DNA of 64,000 nt from positions 23,064,001-23,128,000 of the forward strand of contig OZ024743.1 of the NCBI GenBank assembly GCA_964016885.1, in the 5' to 3' direction. The stretch is from Eledone cirrhosa. Lineage: Eukaryota. This document shows positions 13,209 to 26,540 of the stretch, piece after piece. A model generated the notes under the pieces. It was not told the DNA's origin. It saw only the letters and a program-made list of their open reading frames with translations, and made no database searches. Each line of letters begins with the position of its first letter. Position 1 is the first letter of the stretch. The position numbers were made by a program, and so were the translations under genes.

Positions 13209-14735
13209 CTAGTCTACCCCCCCCCCCCCCCCCCCCGGGTCATTATTGGGTTTGAGGGCGAGGTAAGTCCTACGCAATCTATGTTTACATGCAGTAACCA
13301 GTTCATCTTTCTTGTTTAGGAGTTGGTCCGTCGAAAACAACATTTGTAAAGTTTCCTCCGAGCATAAATTGCACGGACGGCGTCCTCCGGTGTAAGAATT
13401 GGCTCTGGACAGAAATCTCCAAGTGAGATCATATGTGATGTTGTTGTCCTTGAGGTCCCATATGTGGCCCGAAAGTGTAGTGGCGTGACGCCGGGCCGGG
13501 TTTCGGAAGGTATGTCTATGTTGGTATAGCCGGGTCTTGAAGTCACATGCGGTTAGTCCTATATAAGCTTTGTTGGAGGTGTCCGTCCTCACGTTGCACT
13601 GGTAGATCACATTACGGTCTCTGCATCTATTGTCGAGTGGGCAAATGGATCTATCCGGACAGTTGCACCCCCTGGTCGGCTCTCCACTGCTATTTAGGTT
13701 ATTTCTTCCATCGGGGTTGAGTTTTTTGTTGTTAGAGGAGACGATGTTTTGTGCGAAGTTTGGTGTAGTGCTGTAAGAGAGTTTGATGGTATTTTTGTTA
13801 ATTATGTTGTGGTAGTGGTGTTGTAGTGCGAAGTGTTTTTCAATGAGCCTAAAGAATAGTTTCCCGATGGGAGTTGTCACCTCTGCGTTGTGGGGAGGAT
13901 TGAACCATGTTACATTGCGTGAGCGGCGGTGTCTCCTGCTGGTTTCGCTAATGGGAGCTGGACAGTAGGATATTTCCTCCCGGAAACCACTCCGCTTGAG
14001 GGCCTGGTTGTAATAAGGCCCATGTTCATCGAATATCCGCTCATTAGCTGACAAACGGGATATGCGGAGGGAGATATTTTTGACCAGGTTGTTGGTGATG
14101 TTCCTAGGATGGTTTGATCGGCGGTGGATGTAGTGCAGGTTGTCATTAGGTTTCCTGTATAGGTAGTACAGGTCGTTTTCGAGGTCGAGGGTCACGTCAA
14201 GGAAGTTTACTCGGGTCAGGGATGTTTGTAGGGTTATTTTAAATCCCCAGTCGCGGAAGAAGCTGATTAATTGTTTCCGGACCCGATCAGTACTACTGGG
14301 GTTGTACCCTTTAAGGGTAAGGAGCCCATCATCACGGTACAATCCACCACCGAATGCAGGAAACATATCGGTGAGTTTGGCTATTAGGAATAATCCTATA
14401 AGATCTGTGACCTCCGCCGAATCCGTGGCGCCCATGCTGACGTCGAAGGGTGAGTCGGGAGCTCTTTTTATCCATTTAGAGTCGTCAAAGAGTAAGACTG
14501 TCTTCTTGGCGTGGAGGATGATTTTTCTTTCCTGGTCGGTGATGGGCACAAGTGTTTCGGCGAAGTCCAAGGCAGCAGTAAGTAGCGGTAAGGAGATTGA
14601 AGCATAGTAGCTCTCTATGTCGAACTGTATGAATTTAGTGTCTCGTTTATCCTCCATATTGCTGAACCATGAGATTACTTCCTGGGTGTTGATCCATAGG
14701 CTAAGTCGGGCGTGTTGCTTGACTTTTGGTATCAC
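13209..14735 (-). CDS. PLE reverse transcriptase + C-terminal GIY-YIG endonuclease (N-truncated; probably Hydra clade)
   Basis: FDIESYYASI, FDVSMGATDSAEV, GLYRDDGL, VNFLDVTL, SNHP, WFNPP, CNCx5Cx5C linker, VIY...YIGLT, RLYQH; no stops over 508 aa. Confidence 0.92.
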   Translation of the reverse strand: MIPKVKQHARLSLWINTQEVISWFSNMEDKRDTKFIQFDIESYYASISLPLLTAALDFAETLVPITDQERKIILHAKKTVLLFDDSKWIKRAPDSPFDVSMGATDSAEVTDLIGLFLIAKLTDMFPAFGGGLYRDDGLLTLKGYNPSSTDRVRKQLISFFRDWGFKITLQTSLTRVNFLDVTLDLENDLYYLYRKPNDNLHYIHRRSNHPRNITNNLVKNISLRISRLSANERIFDEHGPYYNQALKRSGFREEISYCPAPISETSRRHRRSRNVTWFNPPHNAEVTTPIGKLFFRLIEKHFALQHHYHNIINKNTIKLSYSTTPNFAQNIVSSNNKKLNPDGRNNLNSSGEPTRGCNCPDRSICPLDNRCRDRNVIYQCNVRTDTSNKAYIGLTACDFKTRLYQHRHTFRNPARRHATTLSGHIWDLKDNNITYDLTWRFLSRANSYTGGRRPCNLCSEETLQMLFSTDQLLNKKDELVTACKHRLRRTYLALKPNNDPGGGGGGVD

Positions 14736-15152
14736 GCGGTCTATCCTTGCCTATTCCGTCCCACCTAGTTTGTTTACTTATTTCGTTATTTCTTTATTTA
14801 TTTATTTATCTAGCCTAACAATAGCTAGAGACTTAGGTCGTAGAACTTGCTTTTATACTCTTTTTTCTTTACACTTATTCGCTTTTCATCACTCTCAGTA
14901 TTTTTTCTTTCATATATATATTTTTATCCCTCATTGTTCTACCTACCGTTTCGACTTCCTCCCCCTCTCCTTCCCCAGTATCTTCTTTGACCTCATGCCC
15001 AGCTGTAGATGGCACTACCAACGCATGATTGGGTTTACTCCACCCCTCCCCTTTTTCTCCTACTGGCAGGTTTAGCCACCATCTCCCCTACTAATTTGCA
15101 ATCACAGAATTACTACTGACTTTTGACAATCACTTTGACCATATATTGAATT

Positions 15153-15246
15153 ACCCCTTGAGAAGCTCGGCTATTTAAATACCAGGATAAATTTTCATTT
15201 AGTCCAAAATTAGCCGTCGAAACGGCTTGAGCTCAGCCGTCGGGGT
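15153..15246 (+). ncRNA. Type I hammerhead ribozyme, U3-A8 core variant, extended stem II
   Basis: acccc-TTGAGAA-gctcggcta...tagccgtc-GAAA-cggcttgagctcagccg-TC-ggggt; stems I, II and III all pair; GUC triplet at 15239-15241. Confidence 0.78.
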
Positions 15247-15337
15247 CTTACTGGTTCCTATTACCCACTCTACTACCCTAAGTATTGAGTACTTTGGTGC
15301 GTTATGGTCCACCTGGTTCCTTACCACATTTCCTTCG

Positions 15338-15413
<76 letters not shown>

Positions 15414-16199
15414 ATATTTGGGGAGGGTCATATTTGCGTAATATTGCCAGAATTAATAACAGAACACACTCACTGTTTGGTTGGTTTTCGCTTCTCGCTG
15501 TCTTTTATATATATATATCTGCGATCTAACTTATATATATATATAAATGTATGTCTGTGACTGTCATATAGAGTTTCCGTAGTCAGAATTAAGTAAACAA
15601 AAAGCAGGAAATATCTGTTTACAAGAATAGGCGCTAAGTATTACGTTATTGCTGTTATTCTTTACAGAACATTTTATGTAAGGATAGTAAAAGGGTAGAA
15701 CTGATGAAGCTACCTGTGAGGTTTTCTGAGAGAGAATAGTTTGCAATTGACCACTGTTTCTGACAAGGGATAAAATACAAATTTCCCTACCAAAGTTTCC
15801 AACACACAATTCACGAGATCGGCTACTCCCCAGAAGTTTCAAACTTCAAATCAATTCTAGTTGAAGCCAATTTATAAGTTCAACACGAAATACAACATTA
15901 AACTTTTACTGGGACAACTTTGCCTTTTATCCTTGTAGGAGCCGCTAAAATAAAGTACCATCAAGTGCTGGAATCACTTTTAGCAACTTACCCCTACCAT
16001 CAAAATTTGCTGACCATGTACCTAAATTAGAAATACTTAAATACTTCGTGGTATTTAGTTACCTCTCTTTACTTTCTGAATTCAAACCCAGCCGAGGTCA
16101 ACTTTGCCTTTCACCCTTCCGGAGTCGATAAAATAAGGTACCGTTAAAGTACTGGTGTCGACATAATCGACTTTTCCTTTGTGACTATGCTAGATAGAA

Positions 16200-16824
16200 A
16201 TATGTAAATCGCTGCGGATCCACCATAGACTCTTTCGGCTTCCACCCGCTGTCCTGCCGCTACAGCGCTGGCCTCCTTCCATGCCATGCTCCTCTCAACG
16301 AAGTCATAAAACATGGCTAACCCTTCCAGTTCGAGCCGGCGGCGCTGGGCCAAGGGGCTGGCAAAAGACCAGACGGTATGAATATCTTCCAGTTCTGCGA
16401 TAGTAAACCCCTCATCTGGGATACCACAAGCAGCAACGCATTCTCCAGCGGCAACCTCGTGCACTCTGCGATTAACTCTGGCGCTTCGGGCCAAGGGGGG
16501 TAAACTCTCCAAATATCAGTCGCTCTCCGACAGGTTTGTGGTCGAACCCGTACCATTTGAGTGTCCTTGGTCCTAGGGCCACCTCTCTACTCACCACTAT
16601 CGGCACAGAGTTGGCTACCCTCAGGTGTGAACACCGCGAGCTGGAATGGTTATTCCAGCGCGTCTCTTTCACTATACTCCGGGGAAAAGTCTTCTCTATG
16701 CGGTCCGCCGGGACCGCGAGGCGGCCAACGCGTGGGCCCCCATTTGCTCATAATAGTGAGAAATGGGGTGAGCGGGAGAGGCGGAGGCAGTGATGGGAGT
16801 TTGGTTCCTTTGAGTTCGGACCTG

Positions 16825-16826
<2 letters not shown>
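16200..16826 (+). mobile_element. 3' fragment of RLE LINE, CRE-like
   Basis: KRPDGMNIF...LIWDTT endonuclease motif and VLGPRATSLL...LEWLFQRVSFTILRG C-terminus; frameshifted. Confidence 0.8.
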
Positions 16827-16892
<66 letters not shown>

Positions 16893-17761
16893 TTCATAGA
16901 CACACACACACGTTTTGATTCTTACTAATCATGCAGATATTTTCTCATGACACCACAACTACTTAGCCAGATAACGAAATACGTTAAACAAGAAAATTAG
17001 TTGCTAAGTGTTCAGTAAACAGTGAGACTTGATGGATATTTTTAAATGATAAAAAAAATGGCATTACAGAATTGTAGAAGTGGACGAAAACAAGCTAGCA
17101 CATTGCTAATAATTTACTGTACAATCTTCAAAAATGTCGTTCACTAAAGTTTTTTTGTTGTTCCTGTTCTTGTGCTCCAACTCATCCGTGGGTGAGAGTA
17201 AACCTATGATCAAATGCATTCCAGGTAGCAAACATGCTTTTTACAAATATTTAGGATTATAGTATATAGTACGTCATATTCTTATTTAAGACAGTATACG
17301 TATATACGTATAATTCGGGGAAAGATTTGGCTGATATTTCTAGCTGATCGACCGTCCACATCGAAGCTTCTCGCTAACCTTGATGTAGTTATTTCGGAAG
17401 TTTATTGTTGTTAGGAAGCTAGTTAAAGAGAAAGAGAGAGTAGGAGAACAAGAGAGGGATGGGGGAAGAGGGAGGGAGAGAACAAGAGAGGGGGTGGGGG
17501 AAGAGAGAGGGGGAGAACAAAAGAGAGGAGTGGAGGAAGAGAGAGTGGAAGAAAGAAAAGAGAATGTGAAGGAGCAAGAGAGAAAACGAGGGAGAGAAAG
17601 AATGCAAACAACAGATTTTGAAACCAGTGCATCATTCAATAGAAAACATTTATTTCTCCTATACTGCTTCAGTGCGCAGTCGCATCTGCTGCTGCTGCAC
17701 CTGCCGCTAATACACATGCAAATACTGATATCTGCTACTTGCGATGTTCCTACAACGTCTA

Positions 17762-17766
17762 GCTAC

Positions 17767-17797
<31 letters not shown>

Positions 17798-17862
17798 ACT
17801 GCTGCTGCAGTTGCTTCTGGTATGTGTACTACTACTACTACTACTGCTACTACTACTACTGT

Positions 17863-17893
<31 letters not shown>

Positions 17894-17986
17894 GCTACTG
17901 CTGCTGCTGCAGCTTCTGGTATGTGTATTACTACTACTACTACTGCTACTACTACTACTGCTACTACTACTACTGCTACTACTACA

Positions 17987-18019
<33 letters not shown>

Positions 18020-18030
18020 TCTGGTATGTG

Positions 18031-18085
<55 letters not shown>

Positions 18086-18111
18086 GCTGCAGCTGCTGCT
18101 TCTGGTACGTG

Positions 18112-18184
<73 letters not shown>

Positions 18185-18291
18185 TCTGGTATGTGTACTA
18201 CTACTACTACTACTACTACTACTATTACTACTACTGCTGCTACTACTGCTACTACTGCTGCTACTGATGCTACTGCTACTGCTGCTACTGC
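17762..18291. repeat. Compound (TAC)n/(TGC)n array punctuated five times by ttctggta(t/c)gtg
   Basis: Direct reading. Confidence 0.95.
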
Positions 18292-18567
18292 AAGTGTGCA
18301 GCCGTGGTAATTCTCACCATTCCGAAGATATACAATGAATGGTAGATAAGTGAGAGAGACGTTCTCAGAGTTATCCTATCAAACAGAGACTATCAAACAG
18401 ACAGATAGATAAATATATAAAATGACACATATATACACACACACATATATATATAAGTTTATCCCGGGTTCAGTCGGGGGTAACCACAGTAAGTAAGGTA
18501 CTCAATACATAGCAGAGTATAAATATTTAATGTAGAAAGGGTTCTACATTTAATGTAGGAAGGCTTC

Positions 18568-18602
<35 letters not shown>

Positions 18603-18630
18603 GTGAGAAAATGGGGATATATATATATAT

Positions 18631-18823
18631 AGCAATGAGTAGGACCCCGACGGCTGAGCTCAAGCCGTTTCGACGGCTAATTCAGTCCAGCATTAGCCGT
18701 TGAAACAGCTTGAGCTCAGCCGTCGGGGTCCTACTCGTTCCTATTACCCACTCTACTACCCTAAGTATTGAATACTTTGGTGCGTTATGGTCCATCTGGT
18801 TCCTTACCACACTTCCTTTGTTA
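18631..18823 (+). mobile_element. Miniature fold-back copy of the PLE terminus (same family as 12001-15339)
   Basis: gaccccgacggctgagctcaagccgtttcgacggctaat inverted against attagccgttgaaac...gtcggggtc, then the same tail as 15247-15339. Confidence 0.85.
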
Positions 18824-19100
18824 TATATATATATAAATGGAAAAATGAAACGAAATTTCATTTCTCACTCTTAGTAGGGCTGTTACTTAAATATAAGTAT
18901 GTATACGTACATACATATATGTATACAGACGTACAGTAGCATGTATATATATATGCATACATGCACACATATATATATGTACGTATGGATTTACCGAACA
19001 TTTATTATAATGCTCGGTTTGTTTGTAAACAAACATCCCGAATTAAGCCGTACAGTGTTTAGCAACCATCGTTGCCCTTTTGTTCAACACTGACAAAGGA

Positions 19101-19143
19101 ACGATGTACTAGTTTCAAGCTTATTAGCTATCGTCAGCACTGT
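19101..19143 (-). ncRNA. Minimal type I hammerhead ribozyme (weaker stem I)
   Basis: Same core; 5' strand of stem I reads acagtg instead of acgatg. Confidence 0.8.
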
Positions 19144-19529
19144 ATACCTTCCTGCTAGATGATTGAACGTCTAAAAGTATATACTTTCCTTATGCATATT
19201 AACGGCTGAGCAGCCTAATTTGCATATCGAGTGAGTTAATCGGCCGGGCGCACCGAAAACGATAAATGGAAAAAATGAAACGAAATTTCATTTCTCACTC
19301 TTAGTACGGCTGTTACTTACATATAATTATGTATACGTACATACATATATGTATACAGACGTACAGTAGTATGTATATATATATACATACATGCACACAT
19401 ATTATATGTACGTATGGATTTACCGAACATTTATTATAATGCTCGGTTTGTTTGTAAACAAACATCCCGAATTAAGCCGTACAGTGTTCGGCAACCATCG
19501 TTGCCCTTTTGTTCAACACTGACAAAGGA

Positions 19530-19572
19530 ACGATGTACTAGTTTCAAGCTTATTAGCTATCGTCAGCATCGT
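19530..19572 (-). ncRNA. Minimal type I hammerhead ribozyme
   Basis: acgatg-CTGACGA-tagctaataagctt-GAAAC-ta-GTA-catcgt: 6-bp stem I, canonical core, palindromic ACTAGT stem III. Confidence 0.88.
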
Positions 19573-19918
19573 ATACCTTCCTGCCAGATGATTGAACGTC
19601 TGAAAGTATATACTTTCTTTATGCATATTAATGGCTGAGCAGCCTAATTTGCATATCGAGTGAGTTAATCGGCCGGGCGCACCGAAAACGATAAATGGAA
19701 AAAATGAAACGAAATTTCATTTCTCACTCTTAGTACGGCTGTTACTTAAATATAAGTATGTACACGTACATACATATATGTATACAGACGTACAGTAGTA
19801 TGTATATATATACTTAGATGCACACATATATATATGCACGTATGGATTCACCGAACATTTATTATAATGCTCGGTGTGCTTGTAAACAAACTTTCATTTG
19901 TATATATATATATATATA

Positions 19919-20018
19919 CAGAGTGTCCCCCAAAAATGTATACACTCTCATGACCTGTACAGGCAATATTTATTAGAATGCTGTTCAAGAGTGTGTACAT
20001 TTTTGGTGGGACATCCTG
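19919..20018. mobile_element. 100-bp Tc1/mariner-type MITE
   Basis: ~30-bp imperfect TIRs cagagtgtcccccaaaaatgtatacactc / gagtgtgtacatttttggtgggacatcctg, TA on both sides; similar solo end at ~4325-4354. Confidence 0.75.
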
Positions 20019-20232
<214 letters not shown>

Positions 20233-20327
20233 CTACCTGGAGTTGCGACCGATAGATAGTATTAGCAATTGGAAAGACCAACGGAAACATTGCTTCCTCG
20301 GTCCGATTTGACGAAAGTCGATCGACA

Positions 20328-20359
<32 letters not shown>

Positions 20360-20365
<6 letters not shown>

Positions 20366-20975
20366 TATATTATATATTGAGGAGTTATAAACTCGAAATA
20401 GTCTTTTACAATTAAATAGCTCAAAGAAGGGAATATTTCTGAGCCTTGTAATACAAATGAATATATGAGAGGGATGAACACTGAAGTATACATGTGTTCG
20501 AATTGCTTATTCCCTTCTTTGAGCTATTTAATTGTAAAAGACTATTTCGAGTTTATAACTCAATATATAATATTCTCGGCTCCATACGTAGAGCTAATTT
20601 TAGTCCCATAAAACCGGCTGCTATTTTTAGAGGCACGTGTATGGGACGTGCTAGGTGCTGTGACACATGTGCGTTCAACAACACATTTCTCTCAGTCTTC
20701 TTAAGTATTTTGAAGTGAAACTTACCAATTTCAGGATACCTGCAGAAGAGCACAGGAATAGTAACTTTCACTTAATTGTTGCGATAGTAACTTTCACAAA
20801 TTTGTTGCCAATATAGGTTTGTTATTTTTATTGATTTATTATTTTAAATCGAGACAGGCAAACCATATTATTTTAAATTAGTATTTTCCAACCTAGCTAA
20901 CTTGGTCATTTGCAATTCGAACACATGTATACTTGTATCAGTGTTCATCCCTCTCATATATTCATTTGTATATAT
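20360..20975. mobile_element. Inverted/tandem PLE-type terminus family (related pieces at 46390-46505, 46890-47100, 54540-54780)
   Basis: 20370-20430 is inverted at 20512-20570 and 20455-20510 at 20911-20970; shared gagctattt..ttgtaa.agactatt..gagttt tail; all copies abut TA tracts. Confidence 0.65.
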
Positions 20976-21544
20976 ATATGAATATATATATATATGGGAT
21001 TTGGATATGTAACATCGGCTTGTAACACATATTACTATATGTGGAGGTATGTATTGGTGGACATATGAATACGGTTGGATTACCATCTACGGATGATCTA
21101 TATATGTTATGTCTTCTCGCCAAATTAGCCTTAAACAGTGACTAAACCATGTTTGTTATGTATTGATTGCTTCAGCTTGTTTATGCATTGACCCCGCTTT
21201 GCCTGTATTTTGGTTTCTATCGGTGTTGTACCTATCCCTATGCAAGCTTAACACCTCTTATCCACGTAATTCCATAACCTACTGGTATACCCTGATTGTG
21301 CATACTATGGGAGAGAATAAAATCCCCTTCGGAATTTCTTAAAATACCTTAAGGGTCTCATGTTATTCTTCTATGTGACACCCTGTATGAATTAGATCTT
21401 TGGTTCATGTTGATACGGAGGGCTCCTATGTAGGATACCCAATAGCGGCGTTATCCTCTCTCCCCGTAGAGAGGCATCAGATGTATGATGGCCTGAATTG
21501 AATAATTAATACATCAGGGATCATTAATAGTCTCTTTTATATTC

Positions 21545-21790
21545 TTGAGTGCACCTCTAGTGAATGTTATATGGTTGAGTGCACCTCTAGTGAATGTTAT
21601 ATGGTTGAGTGCACCTCTAGTGAATGTTATATGGTTGAGTGCACCTCTAGTGAATGTTATATGGTTGAGTGCACCTCTAGTGAATGTTATATGGTTGAGT
21701 GCACCTCTAGTGAATGTTATATGGTTGAGTGCACCTCTAGTGAATGTTATATGGTTGAGTGCACCTCTAGTGAATGTTATATGGTTGTTG
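21545..21790. repeat. 30-bp minisatellite, 8 copies
   Basis: ttgagtgcacctctagtgaatgttatatgg repeated. Confidence 0.97.
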
Positions 21791-22475
21791 TTGAGTAATC
21801 GAGTTTGTAACTTGCCATTTAAAACACTAGCTATACTACCATGACATATCGAACTTGCCCACCGAGAGGGAGGACGTGATCCTGCTGGGGTAGGATCCTA
21901 CCCCTTACGGTGACTTGGGGCACGTCTTATTCGTAGTGAAATGAAACTTATCTGATAAACATTCTAATATTGACTATTGTGATGTTCCTAGGCCCTGTGA
22001 TTTACAATATGAACCCATAGTTATAGCAGATACGACCTATGACTCTAAGTCGTGTGATATTAATTTGCCTTACCTGCCTCCTAGTGCATGTATCATTTAA
22101 TTGCTTCTGTGTGCATTCACTTGCCTCTGTTTCTCATTTGATACTCTATGACTCACCTGTCTTCTATAGTGACCAATGAAAACCTTCTTTTGTTGCTTTT
22201 GTGTGCCTTCACACGCCTCAATTTCTTTTTCTCTCTTTTAATTATCTTTTTATTGCTTTTAATTGCTTTTGTGTACCTTCACATGCCTCAGTTTCTTGTG
22301 AGAAAATCTGCTTGTATTCTCATATGTTGCTATAATGTCGACTAATAACCCCATTACACATTCGCTCCATCCTTCTCATCTCCAATCTCCCTCTTATTAT
22401 CCTGTACTGTATCTCTACTGTTCTGGTGACTAAGCTTGGTAGAGCTTATATTCTATACTATATTTTTGTTTATAA

Positions 22476-22522
22476 CGCTCTGATGATTCCTGCCCCACGG
22501 TATGGATGAAACATTGTCAGCG
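22476..22522 (+). ncRNA. Minimal type I hammerhead ribozyme
   Basis: cgct-CTGATGA-ttcctgccccacggtatggat-GAAAC-att-GTC-agcg, followed by aataaa and a short tail into (TCTA)/(TA). Confidence 0.85.
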
Positions 22523-22987
22523 AATAAAGATTGTTTGAGTATATAGGCGTTCTTTGATTTCTTTTATCTATCTATCTATCTATATATCTATATATATATA
22601 TTGTTATACTTGGGGCGGGTCATATTGTTGTAATATATATATATGCGTGTATGTGTATATATTTGTGTAAAAGTATGTGCGTGCATTCTTGATGTCTATA
22701 TATATATAAATATATATGTGTGTGTGTGTGTGTGCATGTGTGCGTATTAGTAAAAAAATCTGTGACACTTCTAAGAAAATAAATTTCACCAGTATTTCAT
22801 CAGTATTGAGTGTTCATTTGGTTAATAAGCGTGTGTATGAGTTTGTGAGAGTGTTTGTGTGCGTGCGTGCGTGTGTGTGTGCGTGTGTGTGTGTGTGCGT
22901 GCGCGTGTGTGTGTGTGTGCATGTGTGTGTGCGTGTGTGTGTGCGTGCGTGCGTGTGTGCGTGTGTGTGTGTGTGTGTGTGCGTGCG

Positions 22988-23073
<86 letters not shown>

Positions 23074-23320
23074 TGTGCAAACGGGGCAACGGATACATAT
23101 GATAAACATTTAACGATGAAAAGCCAAATCTTTGGAATGTAATTTCATATGTACTGTAAAATATATAACAGTAGTAGTAATAGTAGTAGTGGTGGTGGTA
23201 CTAGTGCTGCTGCTGCTACTGCTGCTGCTGGTGATGGTCGTGGCGGTGGCGGCGGTAATGATAGTATTACAGCACGTGGTTCAGGTGGTGGTTGAAGCAA
23301 GTGATATTATTGACTGTAAT

Positions 23321-23510
23321 GGGCGGTGGATTGGCAGCATCGGTAGGGGGCCGGACGCCATGCTTTGACGCATAGACTTACGGCCCTTGCCATTTTGAGT
23401 TCAAATCCCACCGAGGTTAACTTTGCCTTTCATTCTTACGGGGTCGATAGAATAAAGTACCAGTAATACACTGAGTAATTGCTGGCCTTGTGCCAAAAGT
23501 AGAAACAATT
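23321..23510 (+). mobile_element. tRNA-derived SINE
   Basis: Full-length copy of the dominant family. Confidence 0.88.
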
Positions 23511-25389
23511 ATTTACTCTAAGTCTGTCCTTCACAAACCCATGATTAGAAGTATTCCAGCCGTGAACATGTCATCATATAGACATATACCTGGTATCACT
23601 TTATACAATGTGTCCCCACCTTTTCAAGTTCGTTGGTTATGAATATCCTGCCTTTTCATCTGCAATAGCGTTTGTCTGCTATTTCTAGCATGCCGAACGA
23701 CCATCCGTAGACTCTCTCAACGTCTTATTTGTGGCATAGAGTTGCGGCCCTTTACGTTCTGAGTTCAAATCCCGCTGAGGTTAACTTTGCCATTCATCCT
23801 TATGGGGTCGATAAAATAAAGTACCAGTAATGTACTGACGATTTAATTAACCCCCCCCCCCCAAAAAAAAATTGTTGGCCTTATGCCTAAATCAGAAACC
23901 AGTATTACAAGAATTGTTGTTGTGTGTACTGTTCCCGTTAGACCTTAAATTTGAACAGCACCACCAGCACCTCCACCGATCTCCCACATGCTCAAATATA
24001 TAATAGACCCAAAAGTGCCACCCCCATAGAAGTGTTACCCGGGTCGGACCACCCCCATTGCCCCAGCCCTAGCTACGCTATTGGCTCTTATTGTTTAAGC
24101 CCAGATCAGCCTCAAGAGAACAGGCAGACCTTATAATTAAAGGGCATTCCATCCATGACCATCCTGTCTTTTCATTTTCAATGATATATTTTAAATAGAA
24201 GAAAGTGTTAAACTGGCAGAGTGGTTAGAACGTCGGAAAGACTGATTTACGCTATCCGTTGCGGTTCTCTGCTCTCTGAGATCAAATTCCGCCCAGTTCA
24301 ACTTTGCCTTTCATATTTTCGAGGTCGATAAAAGAAGTACCAGTCCAATACTGAGGTCGAAAAATCAGGACAAATATGTATAATTTGCCTAAAACGAAGC
24401 TTTCCTTCCTTTTATGCCCCAAGTCTATACATATTTTACTTAATGGTTTATTCAGCCATAGACCCATGTCCAATCTGACCGATCAGTTATATAATTAAAG
24501 GCATTACACATTTCTGTTTGAGATATAGTGTATTGAATGCTACATTATTCAATGTCCATTGTGCTTATGACGACAGGGTGTTGTTTAAGAGACATTTGTG
24601 TGTTATTTTTAGCAAGCCGAGTGACTACGTAGAAGCTTACTTGTAGTTGTGGTGTTGTTGCTGATGATGATGTCGTTCGTGGTGATGGTGGTTGGTAGTG
24701 ATGATGGCATTGTTTGTATAGTGAGTGTTGCTTGTAGTCTCTGGTTTTGAATAACCCCCCTGCCCCTATTAATTTTTCAGACCCCCCCCCCCCTCCTCCC
24801 CGCTTATTAAATTGTGCTAGTCTTTCTCCGGGGCGATATTTTATTGTAAATGATTTATATTGATACATCAGCTGGAGAATCTAATAATTATTTATTTTAC
24901 ATTAGAAAAACATTATATATAACAAAAAAAAGAACTTAACCAGAAATCCCATATTTACGAACGTACACTATACAATTACCAATGCCCCCTGCTTGTAAGA
25001 ATTTAAGTAAATGCCCACACACACACACACACTTATTCCAACCCCTCCGTGTTATTTGGGACCCGGGAGTAAGGGCTTGCTGTTGTGGTTGCTTAATCCC
25101 AGGTCAGCCCTGATCGACCAGGGACAGGTGATTGGAAGACAGGTGATGAAAGACATTCATTCAAGACTTGACCATCCTGTGAAGAGCACATAATTACGTT
25201 ATCTAACATTTCCTTAAAAAACAAACAGTACTATGCCATTCGAGGGAGAATTAGCTGCTATTTCTTGTAGGAGCGTGCTGCAAGTTATAATAGTAGCGGT
25301 GGAATGGGGTGATGTTGGTTATGAAGACGAATCGATCAAATTCCAAGATGGGAGAGGAAGAGCAAGAGTTAAGAGGAAGTATATGAGTG

Positions 25390-26540
<1,151 letters not shown>

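Larger units (their letters stand above)
12001..15339 (-). mobile_element. Penelope-like element, 5'-truncated, with an inverted pseudo-LTR, inserted in (TA)n
   Basis: RT+GIY-YIG ORF on the minus strand; 12001-12518 is repeated in inverted orientation at 14743-15261, and the right copy runs ~80 bp further to 15339; one HHR in each arm. Confidence 0.93.
18832..19895 (-). mobile_element. Tandem 429-bp units (~2.5 copies), each full unit with a minimal hammerhead; retrozyme-like
   Basis: Units start ~18832, 19262, 19691; HHRs at 19101-19143 and 19530-19572; no meaningful ORF; TA flanks. Confidence 0.82.

Noticed and set aside
17494-18338. Cys/Tyr-rich or Thr/Ala-rich ORFs resembling keratin-associated or mucin proteins
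   Set aside because: All three frames are open because of trinucleotide repeats; no splice or domain evidence.
21545-21844. 10-aa repeat ORFs
   Set aside because: Product of a 30-bp minisatellite.
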